64,000 nucleotides of DNA from Octopus sinensis. Taxonomy: Eukaryota. Each line of letters begins with the position of its first letter. The stretch's first letter is position 1. The stretch is taken from assembly GCF_006345805.1 (NCBI RefSeq), contig NC_043005.1, positions 21,514,001 to 21,578,000 of the forward strand, given 5' to 3'. A program made the position numbers and the translations under genes. Below the pieces are notes generated by a model, which worked only from the letters and a program-made list of their open reading frames with translations, searched no databases and was not told the DNA's origin. Below are positions 12,646 through 24,214 of the stretch, piece after piece.

Positions 12646-13740
12646 CTCTCTCTCTCTCTCACCCACACACTAACTTTTGTCTACAAATGGATTTCTTTGT
12701 ATTTCAATTAGTTGTGTGTTAAAATCTCTGCTGTTATGGTTTTTGTACATTCTCCCAGAAAAATAATTTAGTTATTTTTAATTTTTGTTCATCTAGTGTT
12801 TTTAAATTCAGTTTTGCCACATCTACCAAAAAATTGATTTCAGTGTATTTCAATTTTGTTGTGCATAAATATCTTTGTCTTTATGGTATTTCATGTTCTC
12901 CCTACAACATTACTTATTTTAAATTTTTGGCACTCCATCTATTTAAATACACTATTTACATTTCTCCCTCTATCAAAGAACGTTGTACGAGCAGTTGTGC
13001 ATGTGTATACAGCCGATAAACCTTTATAATTAACCAATGAGATTTTAACCACACCACTGAGCAGTCATGCATTAGGAAAAAGCTATCCTAAAGCAGTTCA
13101 AGTTTTTTCACTCAAGCTATTTTCTTCTAGAGCTTTAGGCACACAAACGGGGTTTGTAAGTTCTGTCTGCAAATTGACTTCCTTGCATATAAATTAGTTG
13201 TGTAAAAATTTCTGATGTTACAGTTTTTGTACGTTCTACCTGAAAAATAATTTAGTTATTCTTAAATTTTATTCACCCAGTGTGTTTAAATTCAGTTATG
13301 TCACATATACCTAAAAATTGATTTCAGTGTATTTCAATTTTGTTGTGCATAAATAGCTTTGTCATTGTGGTATTTGTATGTTCTCTCAACAAAGGATGTT
13401 TGTGTCTCTGATTGTGTAGTACGTATAGATTTCTACAGTTTTCAACCGATTTTCACCAAACTTTACACACACATTACTTATGTGCTAAGAATCATCATGC
13501 AATATAACATTTTGCCCAGAGCTCTTGCTTAAACCATGAAAAACAGTCTTTTACATGGGTTTTTCTCTAAAAATTTATGCAGTTTTCAACTGATTTTTTC
13601 CATTTTCTCTCTATATATTTTTTGAACTTCGTGTAGTACAGTTTTATATGTTTTTCGCAAAAAATTAACTGTATTGTATGTTTTAGAGATTTTAAATTTC
13701 AATATTCTTTCTTTTTTATATGTATTTTCATTAATTTCAA
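12010..13740. repeat. Internally triplicated ~300-450-bp degenerate repeat with (TC)n/(TATC)n tracts, probably Helitron-like
   Basis: The block aaattcag...aaaaattgatttcagtgtatttcaatttt...tctttgtc recurs near 12355, 12805 and 13285. aaaggatgtttgtgt...ttcaaccgattt recurs at about 12012 and 13390. Confidence 0.6.
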
Positions 13741-13949
13741 GTCATTATATACCCATGTGGGGTGGTGTAGGAAGGTCAGTGGAGTTATGGGGTTATTAAG
13801 ACAGGAAATGGTGAGAGGAGAAAAGATAGTTCAGGAAGAGTGAGGGATTAATAATGAGGGTACTGAGGGAGATTGCAGTAGAAGTGGAGAGTTGGAAGAT
13901 TATGACCTAGGTTGATGTGGTAGTGGAACAATGCTTTAGACAAGGCTAT

Positions 13950-16150
13950 TAGAGCAAAGCAACAGGCCTTGAAGGACTGAAAGAGTGGGAGTAGCAGAAA
14001 ACTGCATCAGATAACCAGAAGGGAAGCTAGGAGACAGGTATATCTAGCCAAGGAAGAAGCAGAAAAAAAGAAGTTTGCCTATGTTCAGTGATGTGAAGAC
14101 CAAAGACTTGAAGTGTTTCAGATTGTAAGACAGTGTATGAGAGAAAATTGTGATGTCATAGGAGAGAAATGTGTCTGCATGGATGATGGTGCACTTGCAT
14201 TTAATGATTCTGCAAAGAAAGAGACTTGGAAATGCCATTATAAAAAGGTGCTAGATGTGGAGAATGAATGGGAGAAGGAAAGTGTGCCTAATATTGACCC
14301 AACTGAGGGACCAACTATCTGGAGAGGGTCATATCTCAATTAATTAGGGAGAGAATTAGAGTAGATGGGATACAGTTCAGATTTGTGCCAGGCAGGAGCA
14401 CAACTGATGTTCTATTCCTAGTTAGGCAACAGCAGGAGAAATATCTAGCCAAAAATAAACCCCTATACCTGGCTTTCATTGATATGGAGAAAGCCTTTGA
14501 CAGAGACCCCCCACTCTATTATCTGGTGATCAGTCAGGAAGCTAGGGATAGATGAGTAGTTGGTGAGAGCTGGACAGGCTATGTACAGGGATGCTGTCAG
14601 TAAGGTGAAGGTTAAGCAAGGAATTCAGAGTTAAGTAGGGGTTTACCAAGGATCAATTCTCAACCCACTCTTGTTCATCATAGGTCCCCTGGCAATAACA
14701 GGAATTCAAGACAGGCTGCCCCTCGGAGCTCTTGTATTTTGATGACCTTGCTCTTATACCTGAATCACTACCAGAAGTAGACAAGAAATTTCAGACATGG
14801 AGATATGGTATGGAATCAAAGGGCCTTAGAGTTAACCTAACAAAAACTAAAGTCTTAGTAAGTATAGGAGGGCAGACAAATCACAAATGCCTTCAGGTAG
14901 ATGGTCCTGCTCGATCTGTAGGGAAGTTATTTGTAGAAACTCCATAAGATGTCCTCAGTGCAAGCTATGGACACATAAGAGGTGCAGCAATCTCAGAGGA
15001 AAGTTGACTAGGAGTATAGGTTTTGTGTGGAGAAGGTGCATGGGTACAATAAACACCAAAAATGTACAGAAAATAGACTCCATCACCTGCCAGGTTGGTA
15101 AGTTAGAGGTAGTAGATAGCTTCTGTTATATAGGTGACCAAGTTAGTAGCAGAAGGGAATGCTCTGAGAGCATAGCTGCAAGAATAAGAATAGGGTGGGC
15201 AAAGTTCAGAGAGCTCCTACTTCTGCTGGCAACAAAGAGCCTCTCCCTCAGAGTGAAAGGCAGACTGTATAATGCTTGTGTGCAAGCAGCTATGCTATAC
15301 ACCAGTGAAACGTGAGCTGTGACAGCCAAGGGCATGTATAGACTTGAAAGGAATGAAGCTAATATACTTTGCTGGATGTGTAATGTCAATGTTCATGTTC
15401 AAATGTAAGCACCTTGAGAGAAAAGTTTGGCATAAGAGGCATCAGATATGGTGTGCAAGAGATAGATGACTGTGCTGGTATGGTCAAGTGGTGTGTATAG
15501 ACAAGGACAGTTGCGTGAAGAAGTGCTAATCTCTAACTGTGGAGGGAACTTGTGGTAGAGGTAGACCCAGGAAGATATGGAATGAGGTGGTGAAGCATGA
15601 TCTTTGAAATGTGGACTTCACTGAGGCAATGACTTAGTGACCAAGACCTTTGGCGATACAGCATGCTTGATAAGAGCTGTCAAGCTTAGTGATATCATAG
15701 CCATGGATGATGCTGGTGTCACATAACTGGCACCCCTTCTTGTGATACATAAAAAGTACTTTTTTAGTGTTGGGCTTCATGGAGGCAAGGTGGCCGATGC
15801 TAGTGGCATGTAAAAAGCATGCTTCAAGTATTGGGCCACATGGAGGCAATGACAAATGACCAAGATTTTTGGTATTATGCTGTGCTTGAGAAGAAGACCC
15901 ATCAAACCAAGTGAAATTGTAATTACAGCAGATACTGGTGTCATGCAAATTGCACCCCTGCCAGTGGCATGTAAATGCACATATTACACCCTTGGAGTGG
16001 TTGGTGTTTGGAAGTACATTCAAGCATAGAAATCATGCCAAATAATACTAGAGTCTGGTACAACCTTCCAGCTTGCCAGCCCTGGTAAAACCATCCAACC
16101 CATGCCAACATGGAAAATGGACGTTAAATGACAATGAAGATGAAGATAAC
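13950..16150 (+). mobile_element. RTE-clade LINE, decayed
   Basis: ORFs at 14113, 14732 and 14887 (VRQCMREN, YFDDLALI, CSICREVICRNSIRCPQCKLWTHKRC). Tail catggaaaatggacgttaaatga near 16110-16135. Confidence 0.9.
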
Positions 16151-16443
16151 AGTTCATTCTGATTATCTCTTTATTACCACTTGTTAATCCAGTAAGCTAA
16201 GCAGTGTTATCACAGAATGATCAAAAAAGAATTTGCCTGAATTTTACCATCACTGTGCCTTTGTGTTGAGTGTGTGTGTACATGCATGTGTATGTATGTA
16301 TATTTGTATTTGTATCTATGTGCAAATTACTTCAATTTGGTTCACTCAATATATTTTGTCCTAAATATGTCATTATCTCCTCATTTTCACCCTCTTCCTG
16401 ACATATACTCACAAATGATATCAATTTCTTTTTTCAATTTCAG

Positions 16444-16614
16444 CTTATTCAAGTATTAATTGTGGGCCTCCCAAAGATATTGTTGGTACATCAAAGTCCT
16501 ACAAAACTACTGCCTATAAATCTGAAGTACTCTATACTTGCTCAGATGGAGTACAGCTAAAGTCAATATGTGAAAAAGACAACAAATGGACTCCAGTAGC
16601 GTCTTCTTGTAACG
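16444..16614 (+). CDS. Exon A2, Sushi/CCP-like domain
   Basis: tttcag|...aacg|gtaaca; 171 nt, phase 1-1; YSSINCGPPKDIVGTSKSYKTTAYKSEVLYTCSDGVQLKSICEKDNKWTPVASSCN. Confidence 0.85.
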
Positions 16615-19612
16615 GTAACATAAATCCATTCCTTCATATTGCCTCTCTTTAAGTAATTTTGTTAAATTTTTCTGTTAAATGCCTTTGTGAAAAGAATACT
16701 GGCTGGCACCATTACTATTTCCATGGTGTTTGCAGCTGGTGGGAAGAAGAGAGGAAGGAATCCTCAGACCAGAGACTTCTTCAGATGCTTGCAATGTAGT
16801 GGATTCCAATAATATAACCAAAAAGCCTGATAATGCTATTAAACTTGGTGATGGATTAAGTTTGATGACCAAGAAATTGAAGGCTAGAAACTTGTCACCA
16901 GATGTATTCTAAAAAATTTCCATCCAGTAATTTTCATCCACAAGGATTCATTGTGAAGCAGATTTTTAACCACACTCACAAAACTCTACCCAATACAACA
17001 TTCTTGCTAAGTAAACTTATCAACTCATTAGCTATACTTCACCTCATCTTGATACACTTTTTAAAAATTTCTTACTTGATCTTTCTCACCCATATTTTAT
17101 ATCATCATCCAAAACTCAGTACAATTTAAGGCTCTACAATCCTCTGAAACGAACTTGTGCTTCTTTTGTTCCCTCTCATTTCTCCACCCTTGATTATAAC
17201 AATATTACTAATATTAAGCCAACAATTTTTGATGGACAGGTATTGTCATCACAATCAACCTTATAATTTGACTGGTCCTTTATGACATTGGCACCCTCAA
17301 GGATGAAAGGCAAAGTTAACTTTCGTTTCATTTGAACTGATGCCCAAAAAAACCATACTGTAAAGCATATCGTTCAACTCTCTAATTAGTGCCCATGTAT
17401 ACATTGAAAATAAGATGAGGATGATGATACAACCCCCTTAAATCTAGCAGAATCTATATCTAGGACCAATTGAAGAAACCTGTCATTGAAGATCATCCTG
17501 AAATCCAAGGATTAGTGTCCTCTCCAATTATTGTACACTGACCAAGTTTTATGCACTCAGGTCTCCATCCACTCTTGCCATTTTTTGCTAATTTCACCTT
17601 CATTTCAATAATTTCACTTGAAGTCAATTCCTACCATGTCATCCTTACCTTCTTTACAAGTGAAACTTAAAAAATATAGACGTGGATGTTTACCAATGTG
17701 GAAAGTCAATGTCATTTGACCATTCAACTTTTCTCACCAAACACCCTCTTTTTGTATAGCTACTAGACAGAGGAAAACTGCCTTCTCTGATGGTTACAGG
17801 AGGTCATGGGACAATCTTCATGATGGACTTGACTAACAGTCAAATCTATCCCCCATACAACAACGATAGATTTATATAACTCCATAAATCAGCAATACTT
17901 GGACGTTGAATGAGTGCATGCAAAATGGTTTTGTTTTATTGCCTGAATCTCAAACAGGCCTTTCTGATGGTACTTATATGACTGGAGTCCTTTGGTAGCT
18001 CTGCCAAGCCAAGACCTTCAGAAAGTTGTCCATAGTATTCTCTGACAAAATGTCCTCTGAAACACAACTTTGCAGTTTGTTGTTCATCAATACTCAGAAC
18101 AGCCCTAAGAATGTCAGCACTCTATCCCTCCACTAAATCTCAATGGATTGCTCGAGTGGAACATCCACCAGTCCCATTGCCCAGATCAGATTTGATCCTG
18201 CATACTACATCTGAAATTCTGAGGATTGCATTAAATAATATGAAATACTCTTTTTAAAGATGGTTGGGAATGATTGAGGGAGATATTATTTATAGTTCTA
18301 ACATGTTACATGTCCACATAAGGTGTTCCACAGTGACTGGTAAATTTTGGATTTATTATTGCAAGCTAAAATATTTCACACAGTTTATCTTCTGGTGTAA
18401 TTTATTGCCTTATTCAACACCACCACCTGGCCTTTGGGTGGTCTTGGTGATGGTGATGGACACTATTTGAGCCAATGTTAATATATCTGTTACAGTAGGA
18501 AACATTCATATTAACCCAGAGTTGCTCAGGCTGGACAAGAACCACTTTAATCTCACATTTAGGAGGGAAGGTGACCTGAGAAATTCATGGCTAAGTGGTT
18601 TCTGCCAGGGATAGCTTATTAAAACATAAATATCTTCTAATTGTAATCAATTATGTATTCTTTTGTTCATGACTAAACATAATTAGAGAAAGAGATTGTG
18701 ATATTCATGGCTTTCTAAATGTCTATGTAACATGAACTGATCATTGACTCACACCAGTCAATCCAAATTTATACTAAAAGAACAACTATGGAAAAATACT
18801 CAGAATTACCTTCTCTATGGAAAACAAATAGAAAATTGGCTACTTTACTTTAAATCGTAAAATAAAAATACTGTGATCAACTATAATTTTACCATAATTG
18901 ATCATTAAAATGGATAGTCTAATAAATAAATTCAGAAGAGACAACCTTATAAATATGAATTGCATTTTTCTTCCTATCACTGAAAGTTTAAGTTTGGTGA
19001 ATTCAAATTTCTTTGCTTACTATATTAAGTTGTGAGCATTCACATTTACTACATATTTATATTATTTACTTGATGAAGATGAAAGTCAGATCATTTTAGT
19101 TTTCCAAGGCAAAACACTATAAAATCAGTAGAGTGACTAACCATATTTAGTTATATACTTTTACATTCTTGGCTCAAATCCCACCAAGATGTACTTCACT
19201 TTTTATACTTCTGAGGTTGATTAAACAAGCACTATTCAAGAACAGAGGTTGATAAATTTTCGTGTATCCTCACTGTAGGATCTGTGGCCTTGTGTTTAAG
19301 TTAGGAACCACTATCATTAATATTGGTAACTTCAACAATGATTATGATTATTCTTGTTAATAAGGGTAATGTATTGACAGAATCATTCAAACATCAGATA
19401 AAATATGTTGTGGTATTTGTTCTGGCAATTATATTTCTTAGTTTAAATCTCGTTGATGTGAACATTGCTCATTCTAAGTTAATAAAATAAGCTATCAGTT
19501 AAGTGTAGAGGCTAATTTAATTGACCAGCTCTTACCTAAAAATTTGGCCTACTTTTAATGTTAGAAATTGTTGTTGTTAGTTTACTAAACCTAAAGTTTG
19601 CTTTAACTTTAG

Positions 19613-19852
19613 ATCCTCAGCTCCATTTTGTGAAAATAAAAGATGCAGCTCTGGATGTACCTGGGAAAACATTGTTGGATAAGGAAGATGTAACAGCAGA
19701 TGAATGTGCAAAAAGATGTCTGTCTGATGAAAGTTGTTTATCATTTGAAATAACCAAAGGAAATGGAAAATGTTACTTATCAGAGAAAACCGCTGCTACC
19801 TCCAAGAAATTAAAGGGAAACAAAGACAGAGATTACTACCAACGATTAAAGC
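19613..19852 (+). CDS. Exon B2, PAN/Apple-like domain
   Basis: ctttag|atcctcag...aagc|gtaatt; 240 nt, phase 1-1; CAKRCLSDESCLSFEITKGNGKCYLS...RDYYQRLK. Confidence 0.87.
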
Positions 19853-20879
19853 GTAATTATTTTTTGGATTTTATTATTGGAATTCTCTTTTCTATTATTT
19901 CTGAAATTTGGGACTCTGTTTGTACTTCATACTATATAGACCCCAATTTCTGTAAAGGCATTGACAGGTTTACCTATAAGGCCAGATATACACACATTCC
20001 AGAAATAAGCAATATTAGGAAATGTAAATACAGATAAGACATTCTCATACAACTTTTATTCACCTTGAACAATTTGATGGATGTTTTTAATTGTTTTTTT
20101 AAACATGAATAGTAGTAGTGATGGTGGTGGTGGTGGTGGTGGCATTAGCAATAACAGCAACTTTTTCTTCATTTCTCTATGTTAGCATCACTTAGTACTG
20201 TTACAACACAATGTCTTACCTCTAGTTGTCCTTCATTATCCAATATTGAAGATAACAGAAAACGTAATACCAATTTATGTAGCGATGTAAGTTTATCATG
20301 TATATTGTAGTAAGACGTCCTTCTTATCACTGGCCATTATTCTAAATGAAGAGAGTGTATTTTCCCCATGCTACTAGAATTAGAAAAAATGCTTTCTGGG
20401 AGTAGCGAATTCTCTGTATTTGAAATTAGACTTTATTCAGAATAGATCCAGGGTATTAAGAACTAAACAACCAGTAGATTGACTCAGTGTAAACTTGAAA
20501 GGATTTTGTCCTTTGCTATTGAAATTCTTCTTTCTTGAAGCTCTAGGTATCAAGGGAAAGTCCCTAGGTTTAGTGACCTTAAAATTAGAATACTTATGAA
20601 TGCTAGAATGCCATTGCTATAACGGTGAAAGAAAGAAAGGTGAGCCATTTTTCTATGAGGAAGATGAACAGGGATGAAGTTGCAGGCTTCACTGCAATAT
20701 TTGTTCTAGGTACCCTCTTCTAGTTCAAGCATATTCACAGATCGGGTTTAAACAGTGGCAATAGCCTAATGATTTCAAGTAATATGAACAGCCATGTGAT
20801 GAATGGATTTAAGAAGACACTGACAGGCATATAAAAGAAGTTTGATTCAGACTTAATGAATATTACCATAAGAAAATTA

Positions 20880-22280
20880 TAAGTTTGTTTTAAAATTTGA
20901 GATTACATAGACAATATTTTACACAGGATATGGGCAATTCCCATGACCATTATCTTTTGAATTTCTGCTATTTTAAAGTTTCTGGTATCTGAACTAGGTA
21001 AGAATCAGCCCCTTTTGCTATCATTCCTAGAGCACCTATGACAATAGGTATTGTTATAGTCTTGAGATTCCACATTTTTCCAGTTTCTATTTCAAGATCT
21101 TTATACTTACTCAGGTTTTGGTAGCTCTTGACAGATACATTTTTGTCCATTGGGACAGTTATATCAATAAGGAAGCATGATTTTTGTCTGAAGTCTTTCA
21201 ATATAGTGTCTGACCTATTTGCATATATCTTTCTGTCAGTTTGAATGGTGAAGTTCCAGAGGAGTGAGATGTGATCATTTTCAAGCACTGGGGATGCTTT
21301 GTGTTCCCACCAGTTTTTATCATGGGCAGGTCCAGGTTTTTGCAAATTATTTTGCACATTTATCAAGGCCAAATTGCATCCTGTTGTCATCACTGAATTA
21401 CTTAATAGTTGCTAGTAAGCCCTGTGGTCGTTGGTCATCTTTTGCAAAGTGCTTTAAATAACCCATGTAAAAGAAGTGATTCATATTTTTATCAAGCATT
21501 TTATAGCCTTATTTTGCATCATCGAGCAACATTGAGAGAGGTATTAAGGCTAGACAAGAGAGGAGTGGTGATAGAGAGTCACCCTGGAAAATGATATTCT
21601 TACATCTCCAGCATTGAGAGATTCATTGTCACTGTTCAAACTCAGTGTGGTTCTCCATGATCTCATACTTTCAGACAAGAAGTTTCACAGAGTAGGTGCT
21701 TTTTATACATTTCCAGACATTTCTTAAACCAACTACGTGGTAGACTATCAAAAGCCTTTTTATAGTCTACCCAGGCTATCAACAAGTTTTTGTATCGTTT
21801 GTGACAATCTTTCAAGATCATCTTATTGATGAGTAGCTGATCTTACATAGGACCCACGTTTACATCATTTTTGCTCATTAGAGAATATGCCACTTTCTAT
21901 TAAAAAACTATTTAGTCAAGACAGATATTAGCAATTTATACATTGTTGTTAAGCAGGTTATGGGACTATAATTTTTTGGTTCATTTGTTTCTTCATATTT
22001 TGGAAGTAGGAATGTAACACCATTAAGTAGCCAAGAGGGAATCATACTAGGTTGTTGCAAAACATTGTTGTAAAGTTTTGTTAGTAGTTTATGGCCCTCT
22101 GGGAAGGCATTCAACCAGAAGTTAAGAATTTTATCTTTTCCTGGAAACTTCCATTTGCTTGACTTCCTGATTTTCTAGATCATCTAGTTCACAGGTTCCT
22201 TTATCCATTCCACCAATGTTATTAGATTAGTGAGAGCTCGGTGTAGCACATCCATGTTGTTATTCAGCATGGAGCTCATC
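20880..22280 (-). mobile_element. R4/Dong-clade non-LTR retrotransposon (RLE type), decayed copy 1
   Basis: WKFPGKDKILNFWLNAF and NYSPITCLTTMYKLL (RT). TIQTDRKIYANRSD...CFLIDITVP...KYKDL...IPIVIGALG (restriction-like endonuclease). Confidence 0.85.
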
Positions 22281-22289
22281 ATTACTATT

Positions 22290-23815
22290 ATTATTATTGT
22301 TGTTATTGTTGTTGTTAGTATTGTTTATGTTATTGTTGGTGTCTTTTATATGAACTGTTCTGAGTTTCTCCCAGACACTTCAAAGAATAGCAAGTTACAC
22401 ATTCTACAACAGGTGTTATATATAATTAGTGATGATGTAGTGTATGGGAAGGATGCCAGAATCTGAGAACTTAGATTCTGTTAAATTTGTAATATTTCAG
22501 CTTTGATAGAATTTTAAAAGAATCAGGTGTTTTCAAGTTGACAATGTTTTTCTAAGAATGTTGGCAGTACCTATGAGAACAATTTTTTGCAGTTCTGTTG
22601 CCTTGAAGTTTCCTGGTATTTGAACAGAGTGTCTAAGAGTGCCATTTGGTATTGTCCACAAGGTTCCAATGATTACAGGTACACTTACTGCTCTTAGATA
22701 CCACATTTTTGAAACTTCTATCTCAAGGCCATTATGTTTACTTAATTTTCCAAATAATTTTACAGAAGTATTGCATTGTCACAATATCTGGTCTATTATT
22801 ATTATTGTTTGATGAAGACTCTCAGCTTATTTTGTTTGGTATAATGGAAGTTGTCAGCTGCCCACAGTTAGCAGACTAAGATGACACTTCTTTATTGCAG
22901 AGAACAATTGCAGTTCTAAGCAATGCTGATTTTTGTAGGTGTTCTACCTATACATTTCTACAAATCTTTTTCAGCCATGTTGATAGTTGGGTGCTGATAC
23001 TTCCATGTGCACCAATTAGTTTTGGTTTCACATCCCTTCTCTGCATATTTCCCACTTCAGTTCATCATAGTTGTTTACTTTTCTTCTTTCTCTTTGATCA
23101 TGTTGTCATCAGGGACATGCTATGTTGATTATCATGCATGTTTTCTTTTTTTTTTTTCTTGATCGCAACAACAGTGTCAGGTTTCCCGTGTCTAGTTTGT
23201 TGATCAGACTGAATCGCTGCATCTCAAGATTTTGCAATCTTCATTCTCACTAAATTTTTCTGGGATTTGGTCATAGCACATTTTTGGTCTTTATGGGCCA
23301 CCATAATTTCCACAAAGCTCCCAATGGATCATTCTTGCCACATTGTTATGTCTTTTGTATTTGCATTGTCCTAATTTCAGGCATTCACTAACAATGTGCC
23401 CTACTGTTTAACCCTCTCACTACACATTCTGCATTTATCACTTTCAGTTGTGTTGTCAGTCCTATACTTCACATTGTTTTTCCTCAATACTTGTTCTAGT
23501 GCAACGGATATGAGTGCTTCAGTTTCTATCCTCCAGTGACACCTTCACATCCAGAACAACTGTCTTCTGTAATTGTCTTGAAGGAGTTTGTATATCTTGC
23601 AAACTGACTATACATTTTGCCCCATGCTATTTCTTTTTCTTTTTTTTTGTATTCTTTTCCTATTTATGTTTCTTTCTTTACACTATTATCAGTTTTGATG
23701 ATGCCAGACTTCATCACATGTTTCAGCAATGGTTTTATTGCATTTTTTACATACCACCCCAAGAGTTGTTTTCCTCTACTTCAACGAAATCCTGACAACT
23801 GATCAAACATCTCCC
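22290..23815 (-). mobile_element. R4/Dong-clade non-LTR retrotransposon, decayed copy 2 (large internal deletion)
   Basis: Minus strand 22550-22750 reads KHNGLEIEVSKMWYLRAVSVPVIIGTL...ELQKIVLIGTANILRKTL. (TTA)n tracts flank both ends. Confidence 0.7.
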
Positions 23816-24214
23816 ATTATTATTATTATCATCTTTCAGCATAAGATACATTTCTAAGAATGAATACGTATTCTTATGCACCAGGACACATAAGAAAAAG
23901 CTCATCTCAATGTTTCAGTTGTAGGTAATCTATTTATAGATCTGTCTTCTGATGGTCTGTTTTTATTTAAGATTGAATGGCCATAGCACATGATATGTTT
24001 AGGGGATTGTCAACCCTACAAATATACACCATAAGAAGAGATGTATACAAATATATTGTCTACACCCTGTGTATTGAGACAAGCTTTTGAAAACAAGTTA
24101 GAAAAATGTTCTGTAACACAAACAAATTCTGATTAAGACATCATTTTGTAGATCAATAATTTGTTTATAATAAATTATCGAATTAAAAAATATCATGCAG
24201 AATGTGCTCTTCAA

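Noticed and set aside
17130-19500. Kilobase-scale intron conservation as hidden exons or ncRNA
   Set aside because: No shared open frame or splice signals and many indels. It is best explained by segmental duplication of old decayed repeats.
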